Source: Gammaproteobacteria bacterium
GTDB taxonomy: Bacteria > Pseudomonadota > Gammaproteobacteria > Burkholderiales > SHXO01
DNA: 64,000 bases
Direction: 5' to 3'
Assembly: GCA_041488255.1 (NCBI GenBank)
Contig: JBGPOV010000002.1
Span: 23,509 to 87,508, forward strand
Below are positions 1 through 9,940 of the stretch, one piece after another. The notes beneath the pieces are model-generated. The model made no database searches and had not been told where the DNA came from. It saw only the letters and a program-made list of their open reading frames with translations. Position 1 is the first letter of the stretch, and every line of letters starts with the position of its first letter. A program made the position numbers and the translations under genes.

Positions 1-1856
1 CACACGAACGGAAAGTCGGCCACGGCTTGCCGTAGCTCCTCAGCAATGCGCACCCCATGCTCGCTGGGACAGTTCTCCAGCAGCACGCCAAACTCGTCGC
101 CCCCGAGCCGCGCCAGCGTGTCGCCTTCGCGCAGGCGCCGCTGAAGCACCGCGCTGATCTGCCGCATCAGCTCATCGCCCGCAGTGTGCCCGCAGGTGTC
201 GTTGACCACCTTGAACTGGTCGAGATCCAGATACAGAACAGCGTGATGTCGCTGGAACTCTGTTGCGCTTGCCAGCGCACGGTCCAGACGGTGCTCGAAC
301 TCGCGCCGGTTGATGAGCCCGGTCAGCGCATCGTGCGAGGCCTGATATGAAAGCTTGGCGGCGTACTGCCGCTCCCGGCTCACGTCTCGGAACACCAGCA
401 CGACACCGGTGATATGACCATTGCGGTCGCGAATGGGTGCGGCCGAGTGGTCGATGGGGATCTCCTCGCCGCCTGCGCGCACCAGCAGCGTATCGGTGGC
501 GATCTTGATCGGGCGCCCTTCGCGCATGACCCGATCGATCACGTCGGGGATGGGCAGGCGCGCGGTCTCGTCGACGAGCTGGAGCAAGCTTCTTAGCGGC
601 AGCCCTTCCGCCTGCGCCAGGGACAGCCACGTCAGCGACTCGGCCACCGGGTTGAGATACTCGACCAGACCGTTCGTGTCGGTGGTGACCACCGCATCTC
701 CGATCGATGCCAGCGTCACCTGCGCCCGCTCCTTCTCAGCGTAAAGCTGTGCTTCCGCGCTCTTGCGGTCGGTGATGTCGGTCAGCGAACCGGCCATACG
801 CACTGCGCGGCCCTCGGCGTTGCGCACGGACTGGCCGCGGGAGCGGAACCAGCGGTACTCACCCGACTTGCACTTGAGGCGGAACTCCACGTCGTAGGCA
901 ACATCGTGCTCCAGATGAGCGCGCAGCGACGTGAAGGTCATGTCAATGTCATCGGGGTGCAGGCGCGATTCGAACTCTGCCCAGGTGTCCTCTATCTCGT
1001 CCGCCGCGTACCCGAGCAGTTCCTTGCAGCGTGCCGAGTAGTAGATCTCGTTGGTCTGGATGTGCCAGTCCCAGATTCCGTCGTTGCTCCCGTTGACGGC
1101 GAGGTTGTAGCGCTCCTCGCTGCGCTCTAGTGCACTCTGGAAAGCCTCACCGTGCTTCAGCATGCGTCGCGCCAGCACGATCCCCAGCGGGACCAGCACG
1201 GCCGCCAGGGCAACGTTGGCGATCAGGAGGATCTGCTTCGTCTTGCGCGTCGCCTCTCCCAAAGAGGCGGAGAACGCGTCCTCCTTCGGCGTGAGCTCCG
1301 CGTCGACCCGGTAGATCCGCTCGAGGTACGGGATCAGGGACTCGCGCGTGGCCAAGCCAGAGGAGATGTGCTGGTGCAGTGCCTCCCCGGCCTGCTGAAA
1401 GGCGGCGATCGAACGGTCTCCTTCCTCCCACAGCGAAATCGCCCGGTCAATATAGCTGACGTGCCTGAAGCGCCGGAAAAGGACGATCATGCCCGGGATG
1501 TCGTCCGGGTGATTCCCGCCCTCCAGGAACCCATCGAAGGCGATGGCGTAGCTGGGCTCGGCCTTCTCCAACTCCAGTCGCGCCTTGTTGTCTCCCAGGG
1601 GGACTTTCAACGCCTCGAGGAAGCCCCGGTAGTCGCGTTCCGAGCGCGTATACGCGTAACGCAGGAGGTGCATCACGGCCTCCTTCTGGGCCTTCGACCA
1701 CAGGCTCTCCCCCTCAACATACGCCCGTCCCGCCGAATGGATCTCGAGGCTCTCGGCGCCGAGGATTACGAGCAGAACGACGATCGCCAGAAACGGCCAG
1801 ATGATCAGCAGCAGTCGCCTGCTGGTCGGCAGGATGGCAGCGATGCCGGAGAGCAC
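1..1856 (-). CDS. Membrane sensor diguanylate cyclase (periplasmic sensor domain, 2 PAS-like regions, GGDEF); 3' end runs off the window
   Basis: Absent from the ORF track because there is no stop inside the window. My minus-strand translation is open from a GTG at 1856 to position 1, with an upstream in-frame TGA at 1977-1979. It shows two TM helices (LLLIIWPFLAIVVLLVILG; ILLIANVALAAVLVPLGIVLA), PAS-like blocks (NDGIWDWHIQTNEIYYS; ASIGDAVVTTDTNGLVEYLNP) and RLGGDEFGVLL near the left edge. Confidence 0.85.
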   Translation of the reverse strand, partial: MLSGIAAILPTSRRLLLIIWPFLAIVVLLVILGAESLEIHSAGRAYVEGESLWSKAQKEAVMHLLRYAYTRSERDYRGFLEALKVPLGDNKARLELEKAEPSYAIAFDGFLEGGNHPDDIPGMIVLFRRFRHVSYIDRAISLWEEGDRSIAAFQQAGEALHQHISSGLATRESLIPYLERIYRVDAELTPKEDAFSASLGEATRKTKQILLIANVALAAVLVPLGIVLARRMLKHGEAFQSALERSEERYNLAVNGSNDGIWDWHIQTNEIYYSARCKELLGYAADEIEDTWAEFESRLHPDDIDMTFTSLRAHLEHDVAYDVEFRLKCKSGEYRWFRSRGQSVRNAEGRAVRMAGSLTDITDRKSAEAQLYAEKERAQVTLASIGDAVVTTDTNGLVEYLNPVAESLTWLSLAQAEGLPLRSLLQLVDETARLPIPDVIDRVMREGRPIKIATDTLLVRAGGEEIPIDHSAAPIRDRNGHITGVVLVFRDVSRERQYAAKLSYQASHDALTGLINRREFEHRLDRALASATEFQRHHAVLYLDLDQFKVVNDTCGHTAGDELMRQISAVLQRRLREGDTLARLGGDEFGVLLENCPSEHGVRIAEELRQAVADFPFV

Positions 1857-2737
1857 GGAACCGTGCGTGGTCGCCCGGAGCCCAAGGGTGCCGCCCAGGT
1901 CATGTGGCTCCCGCCCCAGTGTCCCGCGGCTTGTGACGGGTAAGGCCGCGCGCGGCTCGAAGCGAAGTCCCACGAGTTCAGCCGGCCGGGCGACTGTTGA
2001 GCGTGTGCCCCCATTAGACTCAACCGATTGGTGGTCTAGCATCATCGCAGACGAGAGGTTGCAGACGGCGCAGCCGCTTGGGTATCGGCGCTTCTCGAAG
2101 GAGAGGCAGCGGGAGTGGCGTTCGAACTTTGTGGCTGTTGTTGGTCACCAGTAGCCGAGTACACGCCTCACCTCGCCCACTGGCTCATGCACACGTCTCG
2201 AAGTCCACGCCCAATGCGGAGTTACGGCAAGGTCCGGGGGGGTCTTTAGCGGAAGTCGACACGGATCGTCCCGGCCCGCGGTAGCGATACCGATTGATCG
2301 GGCGGGCTTGACTCTCCCGCAGGCCACGCCCGTCGTAACGAGGCATCCCTTTGCGAGGAACGGCGAGCGTGGCCGTCCGGTCATTGGCCCTGAGACCGCA
2401 GCCGGTTGCGCGGAGGACACCGCTCCGTCCCTGGCGCGTTAGAACCTGATCGGAGCGCAGCATCACAGTCCGAGGATGCCAACTCGCTGCTGTGGTTGGC
2501 GACCCGCCTAGGAACTGCGATAGATACCGTGCTAAGACCGGGTTTATGCTGCGGTGCGGCGTAAAGGTCTGCAGCGAGCGCCCGTCACGATCGGACCCGC
2601 TCGATCTTGGTCTTGCGTTTCTTCACAGAGGCGACCTGGGACCTGAGAGGTGCACGTGCTGCTGAGGCGTACACTTGCCGACCAGACGCGCTCGATCCAG
2701 GGGCTGGCCGTGGCAACAGTGCTGAAGGCGACAAGAG

Positions 2738-3205
2738 ATGGCCGCTAAGTGGACGATAATTTTGGCGATGGCCTGCGCAATGCCGATCGCCGGTTCCGCC
2801 CGCTCCGCTGAACCTTCCACGCAGGCGCGCCACGCCGCCGAAAGCGCAGACCTCGACTCGCATGTGCAAGCGCCGCGGCCAGCGCACGGCGGTGACGTCC
2901 GCCTGGCCGGACCGTTCTGGCTGGAACTAGTCGTCGCGAAAGGCTCGCTCACCGTGTATGTCACCGACCGCTCGGGAGCCCCGGTCGACACCGCGGATGG
3001 CAAAGGCACTGCAACCGCTCACACGGACGGCAAGAGCACCCGCATCGAGCTGCGGCCCGCGGGCGGCGATCGGTTCGCAGGAAAGCAGCGGCTCAGGCTG
3101 AAGCGCTCCACCGTCGTATTCGTCACCGCACACCTGCGCGGAGAGAAGCCGCACCGGGCCGTGTTTCGGCCGCTCGAGACAGTCGGCGGGAATAACGACC
3201 GTTGA
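2738..3205 (+). CDS. Secreted/periplasmic hypothetical protein
   Basis: 155-aa ORF with an N-terminal signal peptide (MAAKWTIILAMACAMPIAGSARSA). I cannot name a family from the sequence. Confidence 0.55.
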   Translation: MAAKWTIILAMACAMPIAGSARSAEPSTQARHAAESADLDSHVQAPRPAHGGDVRLAGPFWLELVVAKGSLTVYVTDRSGAPVDTADGKGTATAHTDGKSTRIELRPAGGDRFAGKQRLRLKRSTVVFVTAHLRGEKPHRAVFRPLETVGGNNDR

Positions 3206-3529
3206 GGGTTGTGCGGCTCGGGCGGTCGAAGTCGGGCGGGCCGAGCTTCGGGCGCTGAAGCTCCTGTGAGGCTCAGACGGCGCCGTTGCACGGCTGGATG
3301 CTCCGGTTTCGAGCCGATTCAGTCCGGAGTGATCTCTTGGTTTGCGCACGTAGCGTGCCGTGATCCGACCCGGCTCTCAAGCACACCGCCCATCCATGCG
3401 ATCCTCCCCCGCGCTCCCGACCAGCGGCACACCCAGTTCCAGCTGTTGCGCGCGCCGGTTCCTGCCCCTTCTTGTGACGCAGTTCCTCGGCGCCCTAGTG
3501 GCTGCGCCGCAACTTCGCGGGAGCCGACG

Positions 3530-4048
3530 CTAGTCACGCACCTGCCACTGCTCCTCGTCGTCGTCTTCTTCGTCTTCATCCTGGTCTTCGTCTTCTTCTT
3601 GCTCGCCGTCGTGATCTTCCTCGTCGTCGTCGCCGTTGCCGTCAACGGACGGCACCGAAAGCCATAGCTCATAGCCGTCCGGGTCGTTGAGAAAGAACTC
3701 GCGCGCCCCGTAACGGGCTGTCGCAAGCTCGGAGAGCGGGATTCCCGTCTTTTTCAGCCGCGCGTGCGTGGCGTCGATATCGTCGGGACGGATGTAGATG
3801 ACCCAGCTCTGTCCAATGGCCGGATTGAGGCGGATCTGTTGATCCGCGGAGAGCTGCTGCACCATCAGCTCGGCGCCGCCGGCTTTGAGCCAGCACCAAA
3901 TCATGCGTCCCTCCGCCTCGTAGGAGTCCAGCACTCTGAAACCGAAGAGCTCCGTGTAGAAGCGCACCGATCGGTCGATGTCGGACACCCCAAGGCTGGG
4001 GATCAACTTGGTCGCGCTGCCTCGTGAGGGCTTGGTTGGGTGCGACAT
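3530..4048 (-). CDS. VOC (glyoxalase/bleomycin-resistance/dioxygenase fold) family protein with a poly-acidic C-terminal tail
   Basis: LIPSLGVSDIDRSVRFYTELFGFRV ... YGAREFFLNDPDGYELWL is a typical VOC pattern. The last ~40 aa are almost only D/E (GDDDEEDHDGEQEEDEDQDEDEEDDDEE). Confidence 0.8.
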   Translation of the reverse strand: MSHPTKPSRGSATKLIPSLGVSDIDRSVRFYTELFGFRVLDSYEAEGRMIWCWLKAGGAELMVQQLSADQQIRLNPAIGQSWVIYIRPDDIDATHARLKKTGIPLSELATARYGAREFFLNDPDGYELWLSVPSVDGNGDDDEEDHDGEQEEDEDQDEDEEDDDEEQWQVRD

Positions 4049-4167
4049 ATTCGGTTATCGCCAATCGGAGGACAGAGTACACCGGCCGCCGACGCATCGC
4101 CGCCCTGCGCCAGCGCCGGGGTCAGCAGGAGCGCCAGCACCACGGTCCGGAGCACTAGCGGTCTCAT
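4003..4167 (-). CDS. Possible 54-aa secreted peptide, or the detached signal-peptide exon of the downstream VOC gene
   Basis: Below the track cutoff. My translation is MRPLVLRTVVLALLLTPALAQGGDASAAGVLCPPIGDNRICRTQPSPHEAARPS. The signal peptide is canonical (ALA-QG), the ATG lies 7 nt after the fbaB stop, and the ORF overlaps the VOC start in another frame. Confidence 0.25.
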   Translation of the reverse strand: MRPLVLRTVVLALLLTPALAQGGDASAAGVLCPPIGDNRICRTQPSPHEAARPS

Positions 4168-4174
4168 ACCTCGC

Positions 4175-5263
4175 TCAGGCCACGGCGACGCGCTTGTCTA
4201 GGTACACGTCCTGGATCGCGTTGAGCAATTTGACGCCCTCCGCGACCGGGCGTTGGAACGCCTTGCGGCCAGAGATGAGGCCCGTGCCGCCCGCGCGTTT
4301 GTTGATCACGGCCGTGCGCACGGCTTCGGCAAAATCGTGCTCTCCGGAAGCGCCACCGGAGTTGATCAGGCCGGCGCGGCCCATGTAGCAGTTGGCTACT
4401 TGATAGCGGGTGAGGTCGATCGGGTGATCGGTGGTGAGTTCCGTGTATACGCGCTTGTCCGTCTTGCCATACGGATTTTCCTTGGTGTTGAGGATGTTGA
4501 ACCCGCCGTTGTTCTCGGGCAGCTTCTGCTTGATGATGTCGGCCTCGATCGTTACCCCGAGGTGGTTGGCCTGGCCGGTGAGGTCGGCCGACAGGTGGTA
4601 GTCCTTGTCCTTCTTGAAGGCGCTGTTGCGCAGATAACACCACAGCACGGTGGCCATGCCCATCTCGTGGGCGGCCTCGAACGCCTTGCTCACCTCTATG
4701 ATCTGACGCGACGACTCGGCCGAGCCGAAGTAGACGGTCGCGCCCACCGCTACCGCGCCCATGTCCTTCGCCTGCTTGATGTGGGCGAAGAAGATCTGGT
4801 CGTACTTGTTGGGATAGGTCAGAAACTCGTTATGGTTGAACTTGAGCAGGAACGGGATCTTGTGCGCATACCTGCGCGCGCAGGCGCCCAGCACGCCCAG
4901 CGTCGAGGCCACGGCGTTGCAGCCCCCTTCGAGGGCCAGCTTCACGATATTTTCCGGGTCGAACATGGCCGGGTTCTTGGCGAACGACGCCCCCGCACTA
5001 TGCTCGATCCCCTGGTCCACCGGCAGGATGGAAAGGTACCCGGTCCCGGCCAGCCGGCCGTGGCTGAACATCTGCTGCAGGTTGCGCATTACCGATGGCG
5101 ACCGGTCGCTCAGCGCCACCACTCGGTCCACGAAGTCCGGCCCCGGCAGATGTAAGGTTTCCTTTGGAATCCCCTTGCACACGTGATTGAGCAAGCTATC
5201 GGCTTCCCCTCCGAGCAAGGCCTCGATATCGGTGGTTCCCTTCGCAATCGCTGTGAGACTCAT
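4175..5263 (-). CDS. fbaB: Class I fructose-bisphosphate aldolase (FbaB/DhnA type)
   Basis: The 362-aa ORF matches FbaB along its full length by eye ([52 protein letters not shown]). Confidence 0.9.
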   Translation of the reverse strand: MSLTAIAKGTTDIEALLGGEADSLLNHVCKGIPKETLHLPGPDFVDRVVALSDRSPSVMRNLQQMFSHGRLAGTGYLSILPVDQGIEHSAGASFAKNPAMFDPENIVKLALEGGCNAVASTLGVLGACARRYAHKIPFLLKFNHNEFLTYPNKYDQIFFAHIKQAKDMGAVAVGATVYFGSAESSRQIIEVSKAFEAAHEMGMATVLWCYLRNSAFKKDKDYHLSADLTGQANHLGVTIEADIIKQKLPENNGGFNILNTKENPYGKTDKRVYTELTTDHPIDLTRYQVANCYMGRAGLINSGGASGEHDFAEAVRTAVINKRAGGTGLISGRKAFQRPVAEGVKLLNAIQDVYLDKRVAVA

Positions 5264-5412
5264 GACGCTTCCTCCATAGGGATCACGTAGAACATTATCC
5301 CGCGGCTTGGGGCCGCGGTAAATCCGGGTCGCTGGCTATAATGGTTCACGCCCGCGAAGCTGGCTTGATCCGGATCAACCATGCTGAACCCACGAACGAC
5401 TTTGGAGCGCGC

Positions 5413-5934
5413 ATGAAATTTTCACTGGGGGAGAGGCACGTGGAATGCCGTGGTGATCACTTCATCGCTCATAACGCTACCGTTGTCGGGTCAGTGATCC
5501 TGGAAAACGATGTCAGCGTGTGGTTCAACACCGTCATACGCGCCGACAATCATCCAATCGTGATCGGCGCGCGCTCCAATGTCCAGGACAGCTCGGTGCT
5601 GCACACCGATGAGGGCGTGCCCCTGGTCATCGGCGCAGACGTGAGCATTGGCCACATGGTGATGCTGCACGGCTGCACCGTGGGCGACGGTAGCCTGATT
5701 GGCATCAAAGCGGTTGTCCTCAACCACGTCAAAATCGGCAGGAACTGCCTGGTCGGCGCCAACACGCTCATCACGGAAGGTAAGGCAATACCGGACCGCT
5801 CGCTCGTCGTGGGCTCGCCCGGCAAGATCGTGCGGCAGCTCACCGACGAGGAGGTCTCGTTTCTGCTATGGAATGCCGCCCACTACGTGAACAACTTCAA
5901 ACGCTACAAACGCGACCTGAAGAGTCAGAGTTGA
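5413..5934 (+). CDS. Gamma-carbonic-anhydrase-like hexapeptide-repeat protein (YrdA/PaaY family)
   Basis: Left-handed beta-helix repeats (VWFNTVIRADNHPIVIGARSNVQDSSVLHTD...IGHMVMLHGCTVGDGSLIG). Start trimmed to the ATG at 5413, preceded by GGAG at 5404-5407. Confidence 0.85.
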   Translation: MKFSLGERHVECRGDHFIAHNATVVGSVILENDVSVWFNTVIRADNHPIVIGARSNVQDSSVLHTDEGVPLVIGADVSIGHMVMLHGCTVGDGSLIGIKAVVLNHVKIGRNCLVGANTLITEGKAIPDRSLVVGSPGKIVRQLTDEEVSFLLWNAAHYVNNFKRYKRDLKSQS

Positions 5935-6108
5935 GCCGCGGCCCAACCGCGTCGGGTCGCTTGCAGACGTCATGTCCTAGAGGTCCCGGCGCTGAGCCTG
6001 GCGCTATCGGTTCGGGGGCGTAACCACGGTCACCGCTGCCCTCAAGGTGGCATAAATCCTGCCGTAGAAGCTGCAGTTCGACCGAAACTCAACCAGCGGA
6101 GGAGTAGA

Positions 6109-6372
6109 ATGCTGCTCGCGAGTCACCACGGGAGTCGGGGGATGATGAAGTTTGGCTTCAAGATCCGCACCCGCAGCGGGCTAGTCGTAGACAACCTGTT
6201 GATCCCGGGGAAGGACCAAGCCGACGCAGAGCGCAAGCTCACCCAGATCTACCGTCACTGCGAAATCCTGGAGTCGAAAACCGTTCAGCAGCAGGCTACA
6301 CGGGAAGAGGCGATGGATATCGACGGTATCATCTCCCTGATATCCCGGCAGGACAAGGAAAAAGCGTCCTGA
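6109..6372 (+). CDS. Small hypothetical protein
   Basis: 87-aa ORF; the real start is probably MMKFGF at 6139/6142. It converges on the ParA-like gene with a 1-nt gap. No recognisable motif. Confidence 0.4.
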   Translation: MLLASHHGSRGMMKFGFKIRTRSGLVVDNLLIPGKDQADAERKLTQIYRHCEILESKTVQQQATREEAMDIDGIISLISRQDKEKAS

Positions 6373-6373
6373 T

Positions 6374-7138
6374 TCAAGGTAGAAACCCGGTCTCGATCAG
6401 CTCTTCCAGCAGGGCATCGTAGTCTTGCGCCCCGCGGCTTTCAGGGGCGTGCGCGAAGACATCCTCGTTGGATGCAGGGCTCTCGGCAACGCTCACGTTC
6501 TCCGAGATTCGAGTCTTGCACAGCTCGTCGCCATAGCGCTCGCTGATCTCCTTGTAGATATCGTGTGACATCCGCCGGCGGGAGTCGAACCGCGTCATGA
6601 CGTAGCGGCGCGCGAGGCGCTTCTTGAATACGTGCTCCAAGGCCTTGAGCGTCTTCTCAACCTGCAACACCCCCTTGACCGCCAGCCAGTCAGCCGAGAC
6701 CGGCACCAAGATCCGGTCACAAGCGAAAATCGCGTTCAACGATAGCACCCCCAGGATCGGGCAGCAGTCGATCAGGATGGGGCGACCGGTGTTGAGGTTC
6801 TCCCTGACGATGCCCACGTTCAGCCGGTTGAGAGCCTGCGGGCCCTTGCCGGACTGGGAGTCGACCTTGGACAGTTCCACATGCGCCGGGATGACCGGCC
6901 AGCCGCCGCGCCCCTCGCGTATGAGCTCGCTCAGCGGTCTCTGCATCTGATAGAAGGCATAGACGCTGTCCTCCGCATTGCTCACCATTGTCCCCGTGAT
7001 GGACGACAGGTGCGCCTGCGGGTCCAAATCTATCGCGAGCGGCGTGTGCCCGAGGCGGGAGAGCGCCGCACACAGATTGAGCGACGTGGTTGTCTTTCCG
7101 ACGCCGCCCTTTTGGTTGAAGATCGAGATCTTGGCCAT
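6374..7138 (-). CDS. Orphan ParA/MinD-family P-loop ATPase
   Basis: Deviant Walker A with signature lysine (MAKISIFNQKGGVGKTTT) and DLDPQ. There is no adjacent parB. Confidence 0.85.
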   Translation of the reverse strand: MAKISIFNQKGGVGKTTTSLNLCAALSRLGHTPLAIDLDPQAHLSSITGTMVSNAEDSVYAFYQMQRPLSELIREGRGGWPVIPAHVELSKVDSQSGKGPQALNRLNVGIVRENLNTGRPILIDCCPILGVLSLNAIFACDRILVPVSADWLAVKGVLQVEKTLKALEHVFKKRLARRYVMTRFDSRRRMSHDIYKEISERYGDELCKTRISENVSVAESPASNEDVFAHAPESRGAQDYDALLEELIETGFLP

Positions 7139-7188
7139 GGGATTCCGTGCGGGCCGTCCCCTTGGGCAGCTCAGGCAAGGAATGCTAC

Positions 7189-7216
7189 ATTAGTAATGAA
7201 ATCAGTCTCTTGTCAA
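7189..7216 (-). promoter_or_regulatory. Candidate sigma70 promoter for the ParA-like gene
   Basis: The minus strand reads TTGACA (7216-7211), a 16-nt spacer, then ACTAAT (7194-7189), within an AT-rich patch upstream of 7138. Confidence 0.35.
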
Positions 7217-7276
7217 TGTAATTGCCATGCGCGCCGGGGACCGTGACGATTTCTGCACGTCTGATCCCGGCCTGGC

Positions 7277-8773
<1,497 letters not shown>

Positions 8774-8884
8774 TCACAGTGGCGCGGGGCGGCGGATATG
8801 GTAGATTGCACGCTTTGTCGCGCTGGCCTCGTGGAGCGCCGCGCGACGCCACGGTTCAAGCATACACCCGGCAGCGCAGAGCAC

Positions 8885-9940
8885 ATGCCAACACACCGAG
8901 CCGACTGCGCCGGCACGGCGGATCTCCTGGCGGCGCTGGGCCGCATGGGCCTGCTCTCGCCCGGGGAGACTCCCCGCGTCACGCCGCTCACCGGCGGTGT
9001 TTCCTCCGATATCCTGCGCGTGGACCTGGTCCGCGGTCCCGTGTGCGTCAAGCGCGCGCTGTCCAGGCTCAAGGTGCAGGCCGACTGGCTTGCGCCGGTC
9101 GAGCGCAACCGCTGGGAAGTGCAGTGGCTGCGAGTCGCAGGCGCCATCGTCCCCGGCGCCGTGCCGAGCATACTGGCCGAGGACGCGAGCTCTGGCATGT
9201 TTGTCATGGAGTATCTTGAGCCGACGCTGAATCCGGTGTGGAAATCGCAGTTGCGCGACGGCGTCATCGAGCCGGAATTTGCGGCCGAGGTCGGCCGCCG
9301 GATCGCGCTGATCCATGCTCACACGGCCCGGCGCGAAGAGTTCGCTGCCAGGTTCGCGACCGATCATATCTTCTTTGCCATCCGGCTGGAGCCGTACCTC
9401 GTCGCGGCCGCGCGTGTCCACGGCGACTGCTCGAGGCAGCTCGAGGCACTGGTCCAGGCCACGGGAAGCGCCAAGCTTGCTCTGGTGCACGGCGATGTGA
9501 GCCCGAAAAACATTCTGTGCGGCGCGCACGGCCCAGTGTTCCTGGACGCAGAATGCGCCTGGTTTGGCGACCCCGCCTTCGACCTTGCCTTCAGTCTGAA
9601 TCACCTGCTGCTCAAATGCCTCTGGCGCCCGCAATGGGACGATCGCTATCTCGCCTGCTTCGACGCGCTGGCGCAGGCGTACCTTCAGACCGTGACATGG
9701 GAGCCGGCCGCGCGCATCGAAGCTCGCACGGCGCGCCTGTTGCCCGGGCTGCTATTGGCGCGAGTGGACGGCAAGTCGCCGGTTGAGTACATCACGGCGG
9801 ACTGGCAGCGCGCCGCCGTGCGCAGTGTCGCCCGGCGCTATCTTCTCGCACCTGTCGAGCGTCTGCGCGACATCCGCGGCGCCTGGCCTGACGAGGTGGC
9901 GGCCCGCTGCCCGACCCTGAGCACACAGGGGAATGCCTGA
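8885..9940 (+). CDS. APH-fold small-molecule kinase (aminoglycoside phosphotransferase / MtnK-like family)
   Basis: LTGGVSSDILRV, VMEYLEP, LVHGDVSPKNIL (HGDxxxxN) and DAECAWFGDPAFDLAF. The track start at 8798 would leave only 24 nt to glpK; the ATG at 8885 is more plausible. Confidence 0.8.
   Translation: MPTHRADCAGTADLLAALGRMGLLSPGETPRVTPLTGGVSSDILRVDLVRGPVCVKRALSRLKVQADWLAPVERNRWEVQWLRVAGAIVPGAVPSILAEDASSGMFVMEYLEPTLNPVWKSQLRDGVIEPEFAAEVGRRIALIHAHTARREEFAARFATDHIFFAIRLEPYLVAAARVHGDCSRQLEALVQATGSAKLALVHGDVSPKNILCGAHGPVFLDAECAWFGDPAFDLAFSLNHLLLKCLWRPQWDDRYLACFDALAQAYLQTVTWEPAARIEARTARLLPGLLLARVDGKSPVEYITADWQRAAVRSVARRYLLAPVERLRDIRGAWPDEVAARCPTLSTQGNA

Noticed and set aside
2205-2310. Part of the long spacer next to the diguanylate cyclase gene (..GGCAAGG..GACACGGATCGTCCCGGCC..CGGTAGCGATACCGAT..) superficially resembles the c-di-GMP-I (GEMM-I) riboswitch.
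   Set aside because: I could not build the P1/P2 pairings or a GNRA tetraloop/receptor arrangement. The nearest downstream plus-strand gene is >400 nt away. I treat it as a coincidence unless an Infernal scan says otherwise.
3209-3667. A plus-strand 152-aa ORF with a striking poly-Val/Phe/Leu hydrophobic segment.
   Set aside because: It is the antisense reading of the GAN-rich DNA that encodes the acidic tail of the VOC protein, so it is a mirror artefact.
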